A DNA stretch of 63,278 nucleotides, counting the filler, from Aduncisulcus paluster (Eukaryota), in assembly GCA_024181965.1 (NCBI GenBank). It is 4 parts of 4 records of this genome, joined end to end, with 100 filler letters (N's around TTAATTAATTAA, not from the genome) between each part and the next. Parts side by side here need not be neighbours in the genome. Positions count along the whole stretch, not along the records: positions 1 to 22,474 come from BQXS01012522.1; 3 more parts are not named here. One strand, given 5' to 3'. Below are positions 11,929 to 22,574 of the stretch, one piece after another. Under the pieces are notes generated by a model. The model saw only the letters and a program-made list of their open reading frames with translations, did not search any database and was not told the origin of the DNA. Both the position numbers and the translations under genes were made by a program. Each line of letters starts with the position of its first letter. Position 1 is the stretch's first letter.

Positions 11929-13094
11929 AAAGGGTGAGAATGCGAATCTTATGATTTGTACTGTGTTATTACAACATTTGTGGTAATGTATTATGAGGAC
12001 AGAAGAAGAGTCTGCAACTCCACAATCAAATGAACCAAGGTAATAGCTTGGGAAACTATCTCAAATGACCGGGAATGCTTGTTTCTTTCCGATAACCTTC
12101 AGCTGGGTGACTGATTCGACTCCTTCCGTCTTTAACTCCAAGTTGTTGTTTCCATGACATATAAGACCTGAGAGATCGATGATGATCTCGCATATTCAAA
12201 GGCGCCTCGTCCCGTTGCTTATCAACAATATAGTCTTTCTTGCTACAAATCTCTCCAACGACGTTCAAAATCCATGCCATAGGGTGGTCTTGGTGCCGAT
12301 TTAGAACATGATTCTGTTATTGCTGCCTCTGCAAGAATGAAACAAGAAAGGATGAAGCAGTATAAAAGAGCAATAGTATAGTATAGGTCGACGTGCCGAT
12401 AAGGAAGGGAAAGGGTATAAATCATCGAAGGGAACGAAAAAGAATGCCGGAAAATCAGCATTACTTTCTTCAAAAATCACTGACTCCTGAGCAAGCCAAA
12501 CTTGTATATGGAAGGAAGCCATCCAAAAAGGGGGGATGTTCTGTGATTTCAATCTCCCTGACAGTTTGTTCTAGGGAATTGGCATATACTGCTACATTCC
12601 AAAACCTCACATGAACCCGGTTCAATCGAAATTTTGTGATAAAAGAGATAAATTGTCCCATCTACAAATGATGCAGAAATGGCATGATGAAGAACGCCAA
12701 GCAGTTGATATTATTGCTCACGAATTAAGTTTATTATAGCTATCATGAAAAACATGTTTTTTAGGCAATCTTTTGTAATTTTATTCGTTTCTGACCTTCG
12801 AAACTACCTCCCATGAAATAAGCTGAAATTCAGATAAATATGGGTTTTATTCACTCATTTATAAAAATTATAATTATTTTGGTGGCTTTCATCTGTTCTT
12901 AACTCAGTCTTGTTTTTTCCGTTTATGGTTATGACGATTCTCGAGCTACAGTTTGGAAGCTCTTTCTAATAAAATAATATATTCCCTAAATATTATTAAC
13001 AGTCATTTTTTAAACAACATTAGGCTGATTTCTATTTATTTTCTTGTCAATCACAAAGATTTCTTTTTTTTGATCCTTCTGTGGGTCCATTGCC

Positions 13095-16000
13095 ATGGAC
13101 AAGAGCTTGTTATATCATTTTAGTTTATTCATACGGCCGAAATTAAATGATATTGATCAATATTCAGATCTTCAAAGGATGCAGCGTGGCTTTAAAATGA
13201 ATCCTGCTGTTGAAGACGCTTCATCAATATCATCTGGCCAATTTGAAGAAATAAGGAAACAAACTGATATTTATCAGGATCTTACATCGGATAAGAAGGA
13301 TAAAGCTCCTTTAAAGTCCCCTTTTTTCAAGCATATTTCAAGTATCGTTTATTCGTGCCTTCAAATGAAGGATGTCACAATTACAGATAAATCAATTGCT
13401 CTTATTGATAATATTTCGCGAGTGTTATGCGTTAGGAGTATCATATTTTCAGTGGTAATAGAGCGGGTTAAAAAAGAGTTACTAAAAGATTATAAAATGA
13501 TTAAATCAACTCATAATACATCAATTCTTTCGTCAAAATATTTTAAATCTCGTTCTGAAATAGCATATACCTCAGATCAATGTGTTAAACTACTTTCATC
13601 TTTTTCCTCCTTTGTTGAGTCACTTTCAAGGCCAGTATTGTTAAGCATTATTAAAACACACTCACAATTCCTCATAGACCAATCTAAATATGCTTGGGAT
13701 GAGTGTATGAAGGGCAATCCACCTCCTAGTGTTCCTAGCAAGCAATCCATCTCTAGTCCAAAAAGTGAGGAAGAAATTGATTCGTTCTCGGACCAATCGT
13801 CCCATCATTCGGGCTCTTCAACCCATGATTGTCCCATTAATGCCTCTCAGATATTCCCTGATGCTCTCCATTCCCATCCTTCCTCTCGAGTCCCCATTGT
13901 TGATGAAGAGGACGATTTGGACCCATGTTATGTCGATGAATCGCAGTCTCATACGACTCCAACTCGAACATTCTCCCTTTCTTCATCCTATCGCTCTTCC
14001 TCCCCTCTTTTCCCATCTTCCCATGATCAGTCATCACCCTCGCCCATATTTCCCTCAAATAATACTAATAATAATAACAATATTACATTACATGAACAAA
14101 CTGTAGGGCCTTCATCTCCTTCTTCATCACCTCGCTCAGATGTTTCATCCATTGATGCAGATCAGACCAGAATAGCAGTGCAGTATAAAGCTGATGGTAT
14201 CGGCAAGAACAAGAATACGACCACAAATCCACCAAGTGTATCATCTCCCACCAAAGAATTTGATGTGGGCGATGATCCTATTCCATCGATTGTTCCATCA
14301 ATGGTTCCATTGGATCCTTCACAGCCTATGGAAAAAAGTTATGTTTCCCTATCATCAATCTTGTCTGCCCTTCCTCCTTATTTAAATAGGTTTTGTGTCT
14401 CCTTTTCGACCTCTAACTCCGAGAGATGTCCCATATGTTATCTTCCCGGGGTAGAATGCTCTCACGGACGGATATCGCAGTTCATATTCCACCAATGTGG
14501 TCAGAAACCAGAAGATTATAAACTATCTCTTATGAAACAGTCATTTCCAGCCAATTCTAAACAGCGAGACTATGAAGATGAACGGCTTTCTCGTTCCCAA
14601 TTCTCTCAGCATATGCCTCCTATACCCAAAGCTAGACCCAGTGATGTAGATACCAAGCAGACCATGAGAGTGCATTCATCATCCATTTTCCCTGCTTCTG
14701 CTTCTTCTTGTTCTATTTTTAGACAATCCTCAACCTCATGCGCAGGAATAGACTCAATTCATCTCGGCACAACTGAGCACCAATCAGGGGATTTATATCT
14801 ACGTGATGAGGAGGAGGAAGAGGTTCAGTGTGGAACTATACAACAATCTCCATCTCTTCCTTGTTTTCCTACCCCTAGCAGTGTTGCGGACATGGATGGT
14901 ACTTCTTTCTCTCTCAACAAGAGCAGCAGGAATGGTGGTAATATTATTACTGTCGGAGGAGGCCAAGATCTATCGTTGTTGAGTGAAGATGATCAGCAGA
15001 GAGACAGTATTGTGCAAATAGATATGGATAGTTCAAAAAATAGAATATTTCGAGAAGAAGAAGAAGAAGAAGGGGATTCTTCGTCCCCAAAATCAACAAC
15101 ACAGCCTTTATTTGGAGCTCCTGTTGTTCACAGCATTCATCCTATATTTCCTCAATATACTGTACATTCACATAGCCATGCAACAGGAAAAGAAGAAGAG
15201 GGGCATGGTGAAGAATGTGTTGCTGTTCATAGTGCCGTTAATTCAGTTCCTCAAGGTATTATGTTCGGTTTAGGACAGTATAGTACAGTATCTTGTTCCT
15301 CAACTGTTCATGTTGACACTCCTCCTTCTTCCTCTTCTCACCATCATGACTGTTTATCCCACTCCTCTCCTTTCCTTGGTGCTGATGCTTGTACAACACC
15401 TTTACTGACTCGAGATACCACTCGTAGTTGTTCTGCATCTACCCGTATATCTCCTGGTCTTGACGATGAAGATCAACTCCAAGCTCCATTAAGTACCAGC
15501 ACATCAGTGTCAACAGGTCTTGACGAGTACAGTGACACTATCATGAACAATATCGAGGATTCTGAGGTTAGTTCCCGTGAGGACTTCCCTTACTCATGTG
15601 GTAGAGGATATGGAGGTCCCAAGAGCAGTGCATTTGAGGATGCTGCTATTGCTATGGCCTTGTCGTCTATTCCATCTCTTGAAACCCCATCAAATACTTT
15701 CTCGGTTCGATCTGAAAGCTCACTCCCACATCTTAACGTCATGCACAAGTCCATATCATCGACTGTATCCATGCATGCACAATTCTATCATATTCTTCAT
15801 GAATATTATCCTGGAACTCTCGATTATAAGTTTCCAAATACTTTGTGTGTTGATGATATCTCCGACTGGATACTTGGAACTCCACCTTCTCTGTCTTCTC
15901 TGACATCCCACGGCCATCAATATCAGTGTCGGCATCATAAATCAGATTGCCATGCACATCTATTTATAGATAGTGCCAGTGAAGGTGAGAAAGAGAGTGA

Positions 16001-16637
16001 TCAACTCTTTGAGTATAGCTGGAACGATAGTTTCTCAATATCTTATTGTGGAAAGAGAAGAGGCAGATTGTCATGTAGCCGGCCAAGTATTGTTGGAATT
16101 GATCATATTGCGAGAAAACATTCTGCCATAGGTGTTGATATCGGCTATTCTGGTGGTGGCGGTATAAGTCCTAATGATTCATTTAATCATCATCCTCCTC
16201 CTTCTCTCTCCTCCTCTTCTTGTGGCTCTAAGTTTAAGTCATCTGCTTATCAACCTTATTCTCACTCTCCTTTCTGCTTTATTCCTGCTTCTTTTTCCTC
16301 TAACATGATGAATGTGTGTGTTGGGGTGTCCGTTTTCGTTGCTTCTCGACTCTCTCTATTGCTTCGGCAAAGAGAATATACCAAATCACAGTGTTTAAGC
16401 ATGAAACGACCTGGTGAAGTGGGGTTAATCTTGCATTATGACATAATTATTGATTGTTTATACTATCTGGAGAAAGAAACTGTGAAAATATTTCCTGTTG
16501 GATCGACTCTGTTGGCTGAGCAAGCAATGATATGTTCATCACAGGCTTTTCCTTGGTGGTCGAACACTTATTTCGACCCTTACCAATACCTTAGTGCCTT
16601 AAATGATGTGAAAATCAGGGAATTGTTGACACTTTGA
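13095..16637 (+). CDS. Uncharacterised 1180-aa protein with long Ser/Pro/acidic disordered middle
   Basis: Uninterrupted long ORF. N- and C-terminal ends look helical. One CPICYLPGVECSH motif. No family recognised. Confidence 0.75.
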   Translation: MDKSLLYHFSLFIRPKLNDIDQYSDLQRMQRGFKMNPAVEDASSISSGQFEEIRKQTDIYQDLTSDKKDKAPLKSPFFKHISSIVYSCLQMKDVTITDKSIALIDNISRVLCVRSIIFSVVIERVKKELLKDYKMIKSTHNTSILSSKYFKSRSEIAYTSDQCVKLLSSFSSFVESLSRPVLLSIIKTHSQFLIDQSKYAWDECMKGNPPPSVPSKQSISSPKSEEEIDSFSDQSSHHSGSSTHDCPINASQIFPDALHSHPSSRVPIVDEEDDLDPCYVDESQSHTTPTRTFSLSSSYRSSSPLFPSSHDQSSPSPIFPSNNTNNNNNITLHEQTVGPSSPSSSPRSDVSSIDADQTRIAVQYKADGIGKNKNTTTNPPSVSSPTKEFDVGDDPIPSIVPSMVPLDPSQPMEKSYVSLSSILSALPPYLNRFCVSFSTSNSERCPICYLPGVECSHGRISQFIFHQCGQKPEDYKLSLMKQSFPANSKQRDYEDERLSRSQFSQHMPPIPKARPSDVDTKQTMRVHSSSIFPASASSCSIFRQSSTSCAGIDSIHLGTTEHQSGDLYLRDEEEEEVQCGTIQQSPSLPCFPTPSSVADMDGTSFSLNKSSRNGGNIITVGGGQDLSLLSEDDQQRDSIVQIDMDSSKNRIFREEEEEEGDSSSPKSTTQPLFGAPVVHSIHPIFPQYTVHSHSHATGKEEEGHGEECVAVHSAVNSVPQGIMFGLGQYSTVSCSSTVHVDTPPSSSSHHHDCLSHSSPFLGADACTTPLLTRDTTRSCSASTRISPGLDDEDQLQAPLSTSTSVSTGLDEYSDTIMNNIEDSEVSSREDFPYSCGRGYGGPKSSAFEDAAIAMALSSIPSLETPSNTFSVRSESSLPHLNVMHKSISSTVSMHAQFYHILHEYYPGTLDYKFPNTLCVDDISDWILGTPPSLSSLTSHGHQYQCRHHKSDCHAHLFIDSASEGEKESDQLFEYSWNDSFSISYCGKRRGRLSCSRPSIVGIDHIARKHSAIGVDIGYSGGGGISPNDSFNHHPPPSLSSSSCGSKFKSSAYQPYSHSPFCFIPASFSSNMMNVCVGVSVFVASRLSLLLRQREYTKSQCLSMKRPGEVGLILHYDIIIDCLYYLEKETVKIFPVGSTLLAEQAMICSSQAFPWWSNTYFDPYQYLSALNDVKIRELLTL

Positions 16638-16790
16638 CTGTTTCGTTTGGGTTATTTGAATAATTGTGGCATACTGTCTTGATATTTTTAAAGATTTTTT
16701 CGGATTGTCACAATAACATCTTGCTAAGCCTCCTTATCCGAGAGAAAATCCAGAGTATAGAGGATTTGATAAAACACAAGGAAATGAATA

Positions 16791-17125
16791 ATTATTTCAT
16801 GGATTCCAAAAACACTCATCTATTTACATCCCAATAAATCCCCCCAATGTATGAAATTATACACTATACACGCCATTCCGGCATTCATTTTCCTATCTCT
16901 GGATGTCAACAATATTATCGAATATAGATGTTTTTTAGTTCACATATTTATACATTTATATCACTCTCATGACATGGACTTCCTTGGTTATATTGTCAAT
17001 ATGCGCTGAGAAATAACTTGAGGTAAAATCTCCATTTTCTTCGTGTTAAGAACAATACCTATTTTTTTGAGGGGATATTTTTTATTTGTAAATTGCTGTG
17101 AAATATTATAAAATGCCTCCAGGTA
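16791..17125 (+). repeat. Duplicated upstream/promoter block, copy 2
   Basis: Direct match to 5398-5726. Ends in ATGCCTCCAGGTA, identical to the start of the 17785 gene. Confidence 0.92.
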
Positions 17126-17250
17126 TAATAATCGCTACGGGTGGACCTGCCTACTTCCTAAATCCCCATTATCGGCGAAACAGGCTAATACTAGTTGTAA
17201 TAATTCTTGTAATAATTGCAATATTTCTATCAATCAAGTTTCTGTCATGA
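17113..17250 (+). CDS. Candidate 45-aa tail-anchored microprotein
   Basis: MPPGIIIATGGPAYFLNPHYRRNRLILVVIILVIIAIFLSIKFLS*. It uses the ATG of the duplicated promoter block. Confidence 0.3.
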   Translation: MPPGIIIATGGPAYFLNPHYRRNRLILVVIILVIIAIFLSIKFLS

Positions 17251-17784
17251 GATTAAAAACAAAATTGGTCTATTTGTATTTCATTGATCTAACCATTATA
17301 CGATCTTCTCAAATTATTTTTATTTTATTACCGTCATAAATTTAACATTTTTTATAATCTTGGCCACTTAAACGATTATTTTGTTTCCAAAAGTTCCTTT
17401 TTCTGTGCTGTATTCTTGGATAAGCCTGAGTGAAATAGCAGTTCAACCAAACCAACGATAGGCAACTGAAGGACACAGAAAAAGGGGAAGAATTCATCCT
17501 TGGGAACATCTATTTCATAAGTAGCAGCAAAATCTGGTAAAATTGAACAGTAAACAACTTGACCGATAATTGCAAAGATCACACGAATTAAAGGATTTGA
17601 ACATCCGAAAATAGATGGTAAAACTGAGTTTTGTTGGTTGCTATCTCCTTTAATTCTGCAATATTTAATCAATATCGATATAATTGGAGTTTGAAACGAA
17701 TTGTCCATTTTCTCCGTGTTAAGAATAATACCCATATTTTTGAGGGGATATTTTTATTTGTAAATTGCTGTAAAATATTATAAA

Positions 17785-19722
17785 ATGCCTCCAGGTAAAG
17801 CAAAAGAAGCACCAACAACTTCTAGTGTTTCCGATGATGAACCCTCCAAAGAATCGTCATCAGATTCAAGTTTAAGGTTTAATAATTGCAGTTCTGAAGA
17901 ATTGGAGGAACTGGATAGAAGTTTCTTTGATCTTTCAACTGTGTTATCCCTTATTTCGACTCCTGTATGTCCGTATCTTTTTCTTTCGTTAAATTTATTC
18001 AAAAATGTTTTTTCATTCTTATTTCTCATGTAAAATCAAATATATATTCAACTTTGTTTGTATTCATCGAATAATCTGTGATAGATTGAATCGATAAAGG
18101 CTATGGGAGTTGCCCAACAAGAGACTTCTCATGTTTCAATCCCTCGAGATGATCCCACAATGGTGTTTGCTGAATTGAAGGACATTCCATTTAAAACGAT
18201 CAAAGTTGAGACTGTGAGAAATGAAGGGGAGGATTTAAAACAAACTAGAATATTGATTGAGTCGAAACAATATTTCCCAAAATTATCCTCTACTATCGGC
18301 GCCTATATTTCGATTTATGGAAGTGAAATCGCTCCTAGTCTTATTTTCATTTTTACCTCTTCTGGAATGATAACAACCAAGAAATATGAGTTTCCTGAAT
18401 ACGAAACTTGTTTTTGGCAGTATATTCCACTTGATCTTCCCGATATTGATAGTTTTAAGATGATTATTGAGGATCCAAAACATAAAGATATTGGAATTTC
18501 CTCCCTTGCTTTCGTTCGAGAAGAAACTCCCGAAGAATCAACTATCCGTAAATCCAGAGATGTAGCTCTTGAGAAACTATGGCATGAATCTACATCTGTG
18601 AAGGCAGAGTTTATGAATGAAGCAAATGATTATTCTCTTCCTATTCCTCGTGATGATCCAACAATTATTGATCCTGCATTTGAGACTGTGAAAGCAGTGA
18701 ATTTGGTATATAGCACGGAAATGAAGGCTAAGGGGGTACATAATGAAGGCTATGATCAGAGTTTAAGAGCTCAAGACATGTTAAAAGGTGAAAGGCATGT
18801 ATTTTTGTCCCATCTTTCCATACCTTTTCCAGCACCAAGTTTCTTGAAAGGTGCTTATATCTGTATAAGTAAGCGTGGGAGTTCACCATTTCTTCTCTTC
18901 ACTTTCACTGATTGTGATGGCATGAAGATATCCAAAAAGTATGAATTCACAAACCCTAAGTTTTGGCATGAATGGCACTTCCTTCCAATTGATCTGGATA
19001 ATGTTATATTGTGTGAAATTGAAGGTAAAGGACAGTGGGAAGGAAAGAAAAGTCGGATTTTTGTTATCGAATCCTTGGCATTTATTCGAGAAGAAACGCT
19101 TGAAGAATCACTTGTTCGTGAAGCAAGAGAAATTCTCTGGTCTGAAGCCCTAATTGTGAATTCTGAGTTTGTTAAAGAAGGAGATAGAAAATCTAAAGGT
19201 AGAGATTCAATTCCCATTCCACGTGATGATCCAAGGATTATTCTTCCTTCATTCTCTTTGGTTAAGGGGAAACGTGACGTGTATAGTAAGGAATCTAAAG
19301 AGTATGATGTGAGTTTAAAGGTACAAAAAATGTTGAAAGGGGAAGATTATGTATGGTTATCCCATCTTTCTATCCCTTTTCCATCCCCTAGTCCTATAAA
19401 GGGTGCTTATATCTGTGTAGAAGAGAACACTAGTTCACCTCTTCTTCTCTTCACTTTTACTCTTTCTGATGGTACAAAGATATCCAAGAAATATGAATTC
19501 ACTGAACCTAAACATGAATATGAATGGCACTTCCTTCCTATCGATTTGGAGGATGTTGTATTATGTGAGATTGATGGAAATGGAACGTTGCGAGAAAGAA
19601 AATGCAGGGATTTCTTCATATACTCTCTTGTATTTCTGCTGACAGATGAATTTATTGCAACAAAACGGTTATGTCAACTACCTTGGGAACAAACTGGAGA
19701 TGATAATCAAGAAAAAAGATGA
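17785..19722 (+). CDS. Family member B: 3 PITH-like repeats, no kinase
   Basis: Exon 17785-17964, GTATGT..AG intron 17965-18084, then exon 18085-19722 in frame. Repeats carry IPRDDP..SHLSIPF..KGAYIC..KKYEF..EWHFLPIDL..CEIEG. Confidence 0.88.
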
Positions 19723-20431
19723 ATAGAGCTAAGATTCTGAATAAATAGGGTTTGGAGCTGTGCTTGAAATAGAGAAAAGGATTCATTCGTCGATTGAAGC
19801 GATTCTTTGATGGTCTGCGATAGCAACTGGCGCGCAAATTGAATCTTTCGATGCGAGGGTAATTTGTGGAAACAAATAAGCTTTGAAAATGAAGGAAAGT
19901 TTCAAAAGGATGTGGGATCTAATTTAAGACCTAAATATGATATTAAAAGAAGACTCACCTCGAGAGAGATTACTCTCATAGAAATTGATGTCGTTGGGTG
20001 ATTGAAAAAGCCTAGATAACCTTAGAACTAAGTTAGATCGTGATAATTTACTAGTTTCAAAGAATCTGAAGAGAAAAGTTTGATTTTAACCACCGAGAGA
20101 TGAGAGATGAAAATAATGGAAAAATAACGGCATTACAGAAATGTCATTTCTATTTTTAGAAAATCTATTTTTAGAATCACATTTTCCAAATGTCACAGAA
20201 ATAGCTTAATTTGGAAGAATAAATGCTCTACAAAGTTCAATTAATCCATTTAATAACCAAGAGGTGGTAGTAATATTTGATTTTACCTCATAGACTTTTT
20301 CCCCAAGTTTGACACTGAATAAATTTGATCCATTGTCTCAACTTCCATCTTTCACTCTCATCACAATCTTTTTCAATAATGTAGATTCTTGTTACCGATA
20401 TTCAATAGAACTCTGCTTTGAAAGAGATACT

Positions 20432-22411
20432 CTAAGAATCAAATTCATCTGTGGATGGAATTATGGAATGTGAACCTTTCGTTTCTCCTTTATCATCTTG
20501 ATGTAACATATAAGAAGGAATATCTCTGTTATCCTTTTCAGTGCTTTGAAGTTTTGAAGACATTGATTGAGTTTCATGTTCCTTATCTCTTCCACTCTGT
20601 TCTTCACTTTCTTTTTCACTCTCATCATAAACTCTATCATCAATAATATCATGTGATTTAATTGTAGATTCTTGTACTTCTGAATCACTCATTGGACCAC
20701 CAATAATAGTTCCAGAATCTCCAAAATGTTTCTGTTTTTGTTCTTTGATAATATCATCAATGGATGGACATTTAAACCCTTCTCCAATATCTGGCAGTAA
20801 ATGCTTGAGGCTTTGCACTTTCTCACGAGCTTCATGTACACTCATACGTTTGTCAACATCGAGTTGGGTGAGTCCTGTGAATATTTCATTCAAACATGAA
20901 TGAACAGGTTTATATTTCCCATCTTCAATGGTTCGTAATGTTTTGAAGAGATCAGAAGAACATAATTTGGGAACTCTATTCTTTTCCATCAAACTCAGCA
21001 TGGTATGCATGATATCATAACTATTAACAACACCTCGAAATACAGGCAGGGATACGAAGGGATCAGCGCATTGGAACAAGGCAAGAATCGACATTCCAAG
21101 AGAATACCCATCACTCTTCTGAGATTGAGTTCCAGCTAAAAGTGTTTCATAAGAATTGTACACAAGAGTTCCACATTTGGAGGCTTTTTGTTTCGAGGTT
21201 TCCTTCCTTTTTTCAAACTCAATGGGATGAAATGAACCTGATTTGGTGGTTGTTGAAGATGATATGGAATCTAAGATCTGGACCAATCCAAGATCAGAGA
21301 GAACAACAGTGCATTCTCCATCTTTGGGATCAACACGAACAAGGAAGTTGTCAGGTTTAATATCTCGATGAGTAAGTTTTGGTTTGGCAATGAACACATC
21401 ATCAAGACATTCAATCATTCCAACACATAAGGCACTCATTTTCAAAGGGTTCAATGTCATGGGATCAAAATGTTTGTGATCATCACTATCTTCTTCTGAA
21501 GACGAAAAGGAATCGGATAGATCTTCTTCTTCTTTTCCTGCACTGTCTGAAGAAGATTTAGAAAGTTCTTCTTCCTCTTCTTCCCCTTGACTTTCAGACT
21601 TCTCAACAACACACCATTTCTTGGCAAATGAACTCACACTGCCTCCAATACAAAACTCCATAAGGAATCCATAAACTCCCTTCAAATCTGCATCAAGAAG
21701 ATCAAGAATATACAAAGGACGAGGGATACGATTGAAACATTTGGGGTTATTAAATAACTTTCTTTGCACCTTAAACTCCTTGCGACATGTCTTGACAACA
21801 TTTTCATCACCTTTCCGAAGCATCTTCTTCAGAACACAAGGAATGGGAATACCTTCAACTTCAACAAGAAGAACTTCACCAAATCCACCATGACCAATGA
21901 TGCACTGAGGAGTGATGGTTGCAGAGGAAGTGAGAGAATCACGTTTAAGATCTGATCGAATATCTCCCTGGATGAATATCAGAGATTTTATCCGAAAACG
22001 TCGTTCATTCTTCTCCCACGACATCCCTTTCCCTTCAATCTTGCATCGAACAACATTTGTCAAATCAATAGGAAGGAAGTGCAATTCATACCAATATTCA
22101 TATCTCGAAAATTCATACTTCTTGGGTATCTTCTTACCATTAGAAAGAGTGAAAGTGAAAAGGAGAGAAGATGAACTATAATTCTTATTCACACAGATAT
22201 ATGCACCTTTTATGGAGGTGGGGACCGAAAAAGGGATGGAGAGATGTGATAAGGATAACCATACATTACTTTCTCGTTTTAACATTCTTTCGGCTCTTAA
22301 ACTCTCATCATATTCCTTGGATTCTCGACTTTTCGAACTGTCTTTCGCCTTTACCGATTTGAATAATGGATTTACCACAATCATTCCTTTTAATTCCGAT
22401 TTTAAAACCGA
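20432..22411 (-). CDS. Family member C: at least 1 PITH-like repeat + Ser/Thr kinase (5' exons lost at contig end)
   Basis: TTTTTAG acceptor at 22412-22413 opens the exon in frame. GHGGFGEV, HRDIKPDN, DLG, GTLVYNSYE. Close paralog of kinase 1 of member A. Confidence 0.88.
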   Translation of the reverse strand, partial: SVLKSELKGMIVVNPLFKSVKAKDSSKSRESKEYDESLRAERMLKRESNVWLSLSHLSIPFSVPTSIKGAYICVNKNYSSSSLLFTFTLSNGKKIPKKYEFSRYEYWYELHFLPIDLTNVVRCKIEGKGMSWEKNERRFRIKSLIFIQGDIRSDLKRDSLTSSATITPQCIIGHGGFGEVLLVEVEGIPIPCVLKKMLRKGDENVVKTCRKEFKVQRKLFNNPKCFNRIPRPLYILDLLDADLKGVYGFLMEFCIGGSVSSFAKKWCVVEKSESQGEEEEEELSKSSSDSAGKEEEDLSDSFSSSEEDSDDHKHFDPMTLNPLKMSALCVGMIECLDDVFIAKPKLTHRDIKPDNFLVRVDPKDGECTVVLSDLGLVQILDSISSSTTTKSGSFHPIEFEKRKETSKQKASKCGTLVYNSYETLLAGTQSQKSDGYSLGMSILALFQCADPFVSLPVFRGVVNSYDIMHTMLSLMEKNRVPKLCSSDLFKTLRTIEDGKYKPVHSCLNEIFTGLTQLDVDKRMSVHEAREKVQSLKHLLPDIGEGFKCPSIDDIIKEQKQKHFGDSGTIIGGPMSDSEVQESTIKSHDIIDDRVYDESEKESEEQSGRDKEHETQSMSSKLQSTEKDNRDIPSYMLHQDDKGETKGSHSIIPSTDEFDS

Positions 22412-22474
22412 CTAAAAATAGCACCATATCGGAAATGACAATACAACAAAAATGAACAATAAGAATAATAAACG

Positions 22475-22574
22475 NNNNNNNNNNNNNNNNNNNNNNNNNN
22501 NNNNNNNNNNNNNNNNNNTTAATTAATTAANNNNNNNNNNNNNNNNNNNNNNNNNNNNNNNNNNNNNNNNNNNN
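22475..22574. other. Artificial contig linker N44-TTAATTAATTAA-N44
   Basis: 100-nt spacer with a six-frame stop core. Identical structure at 46069 and 58850. Confidence 0.97.
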
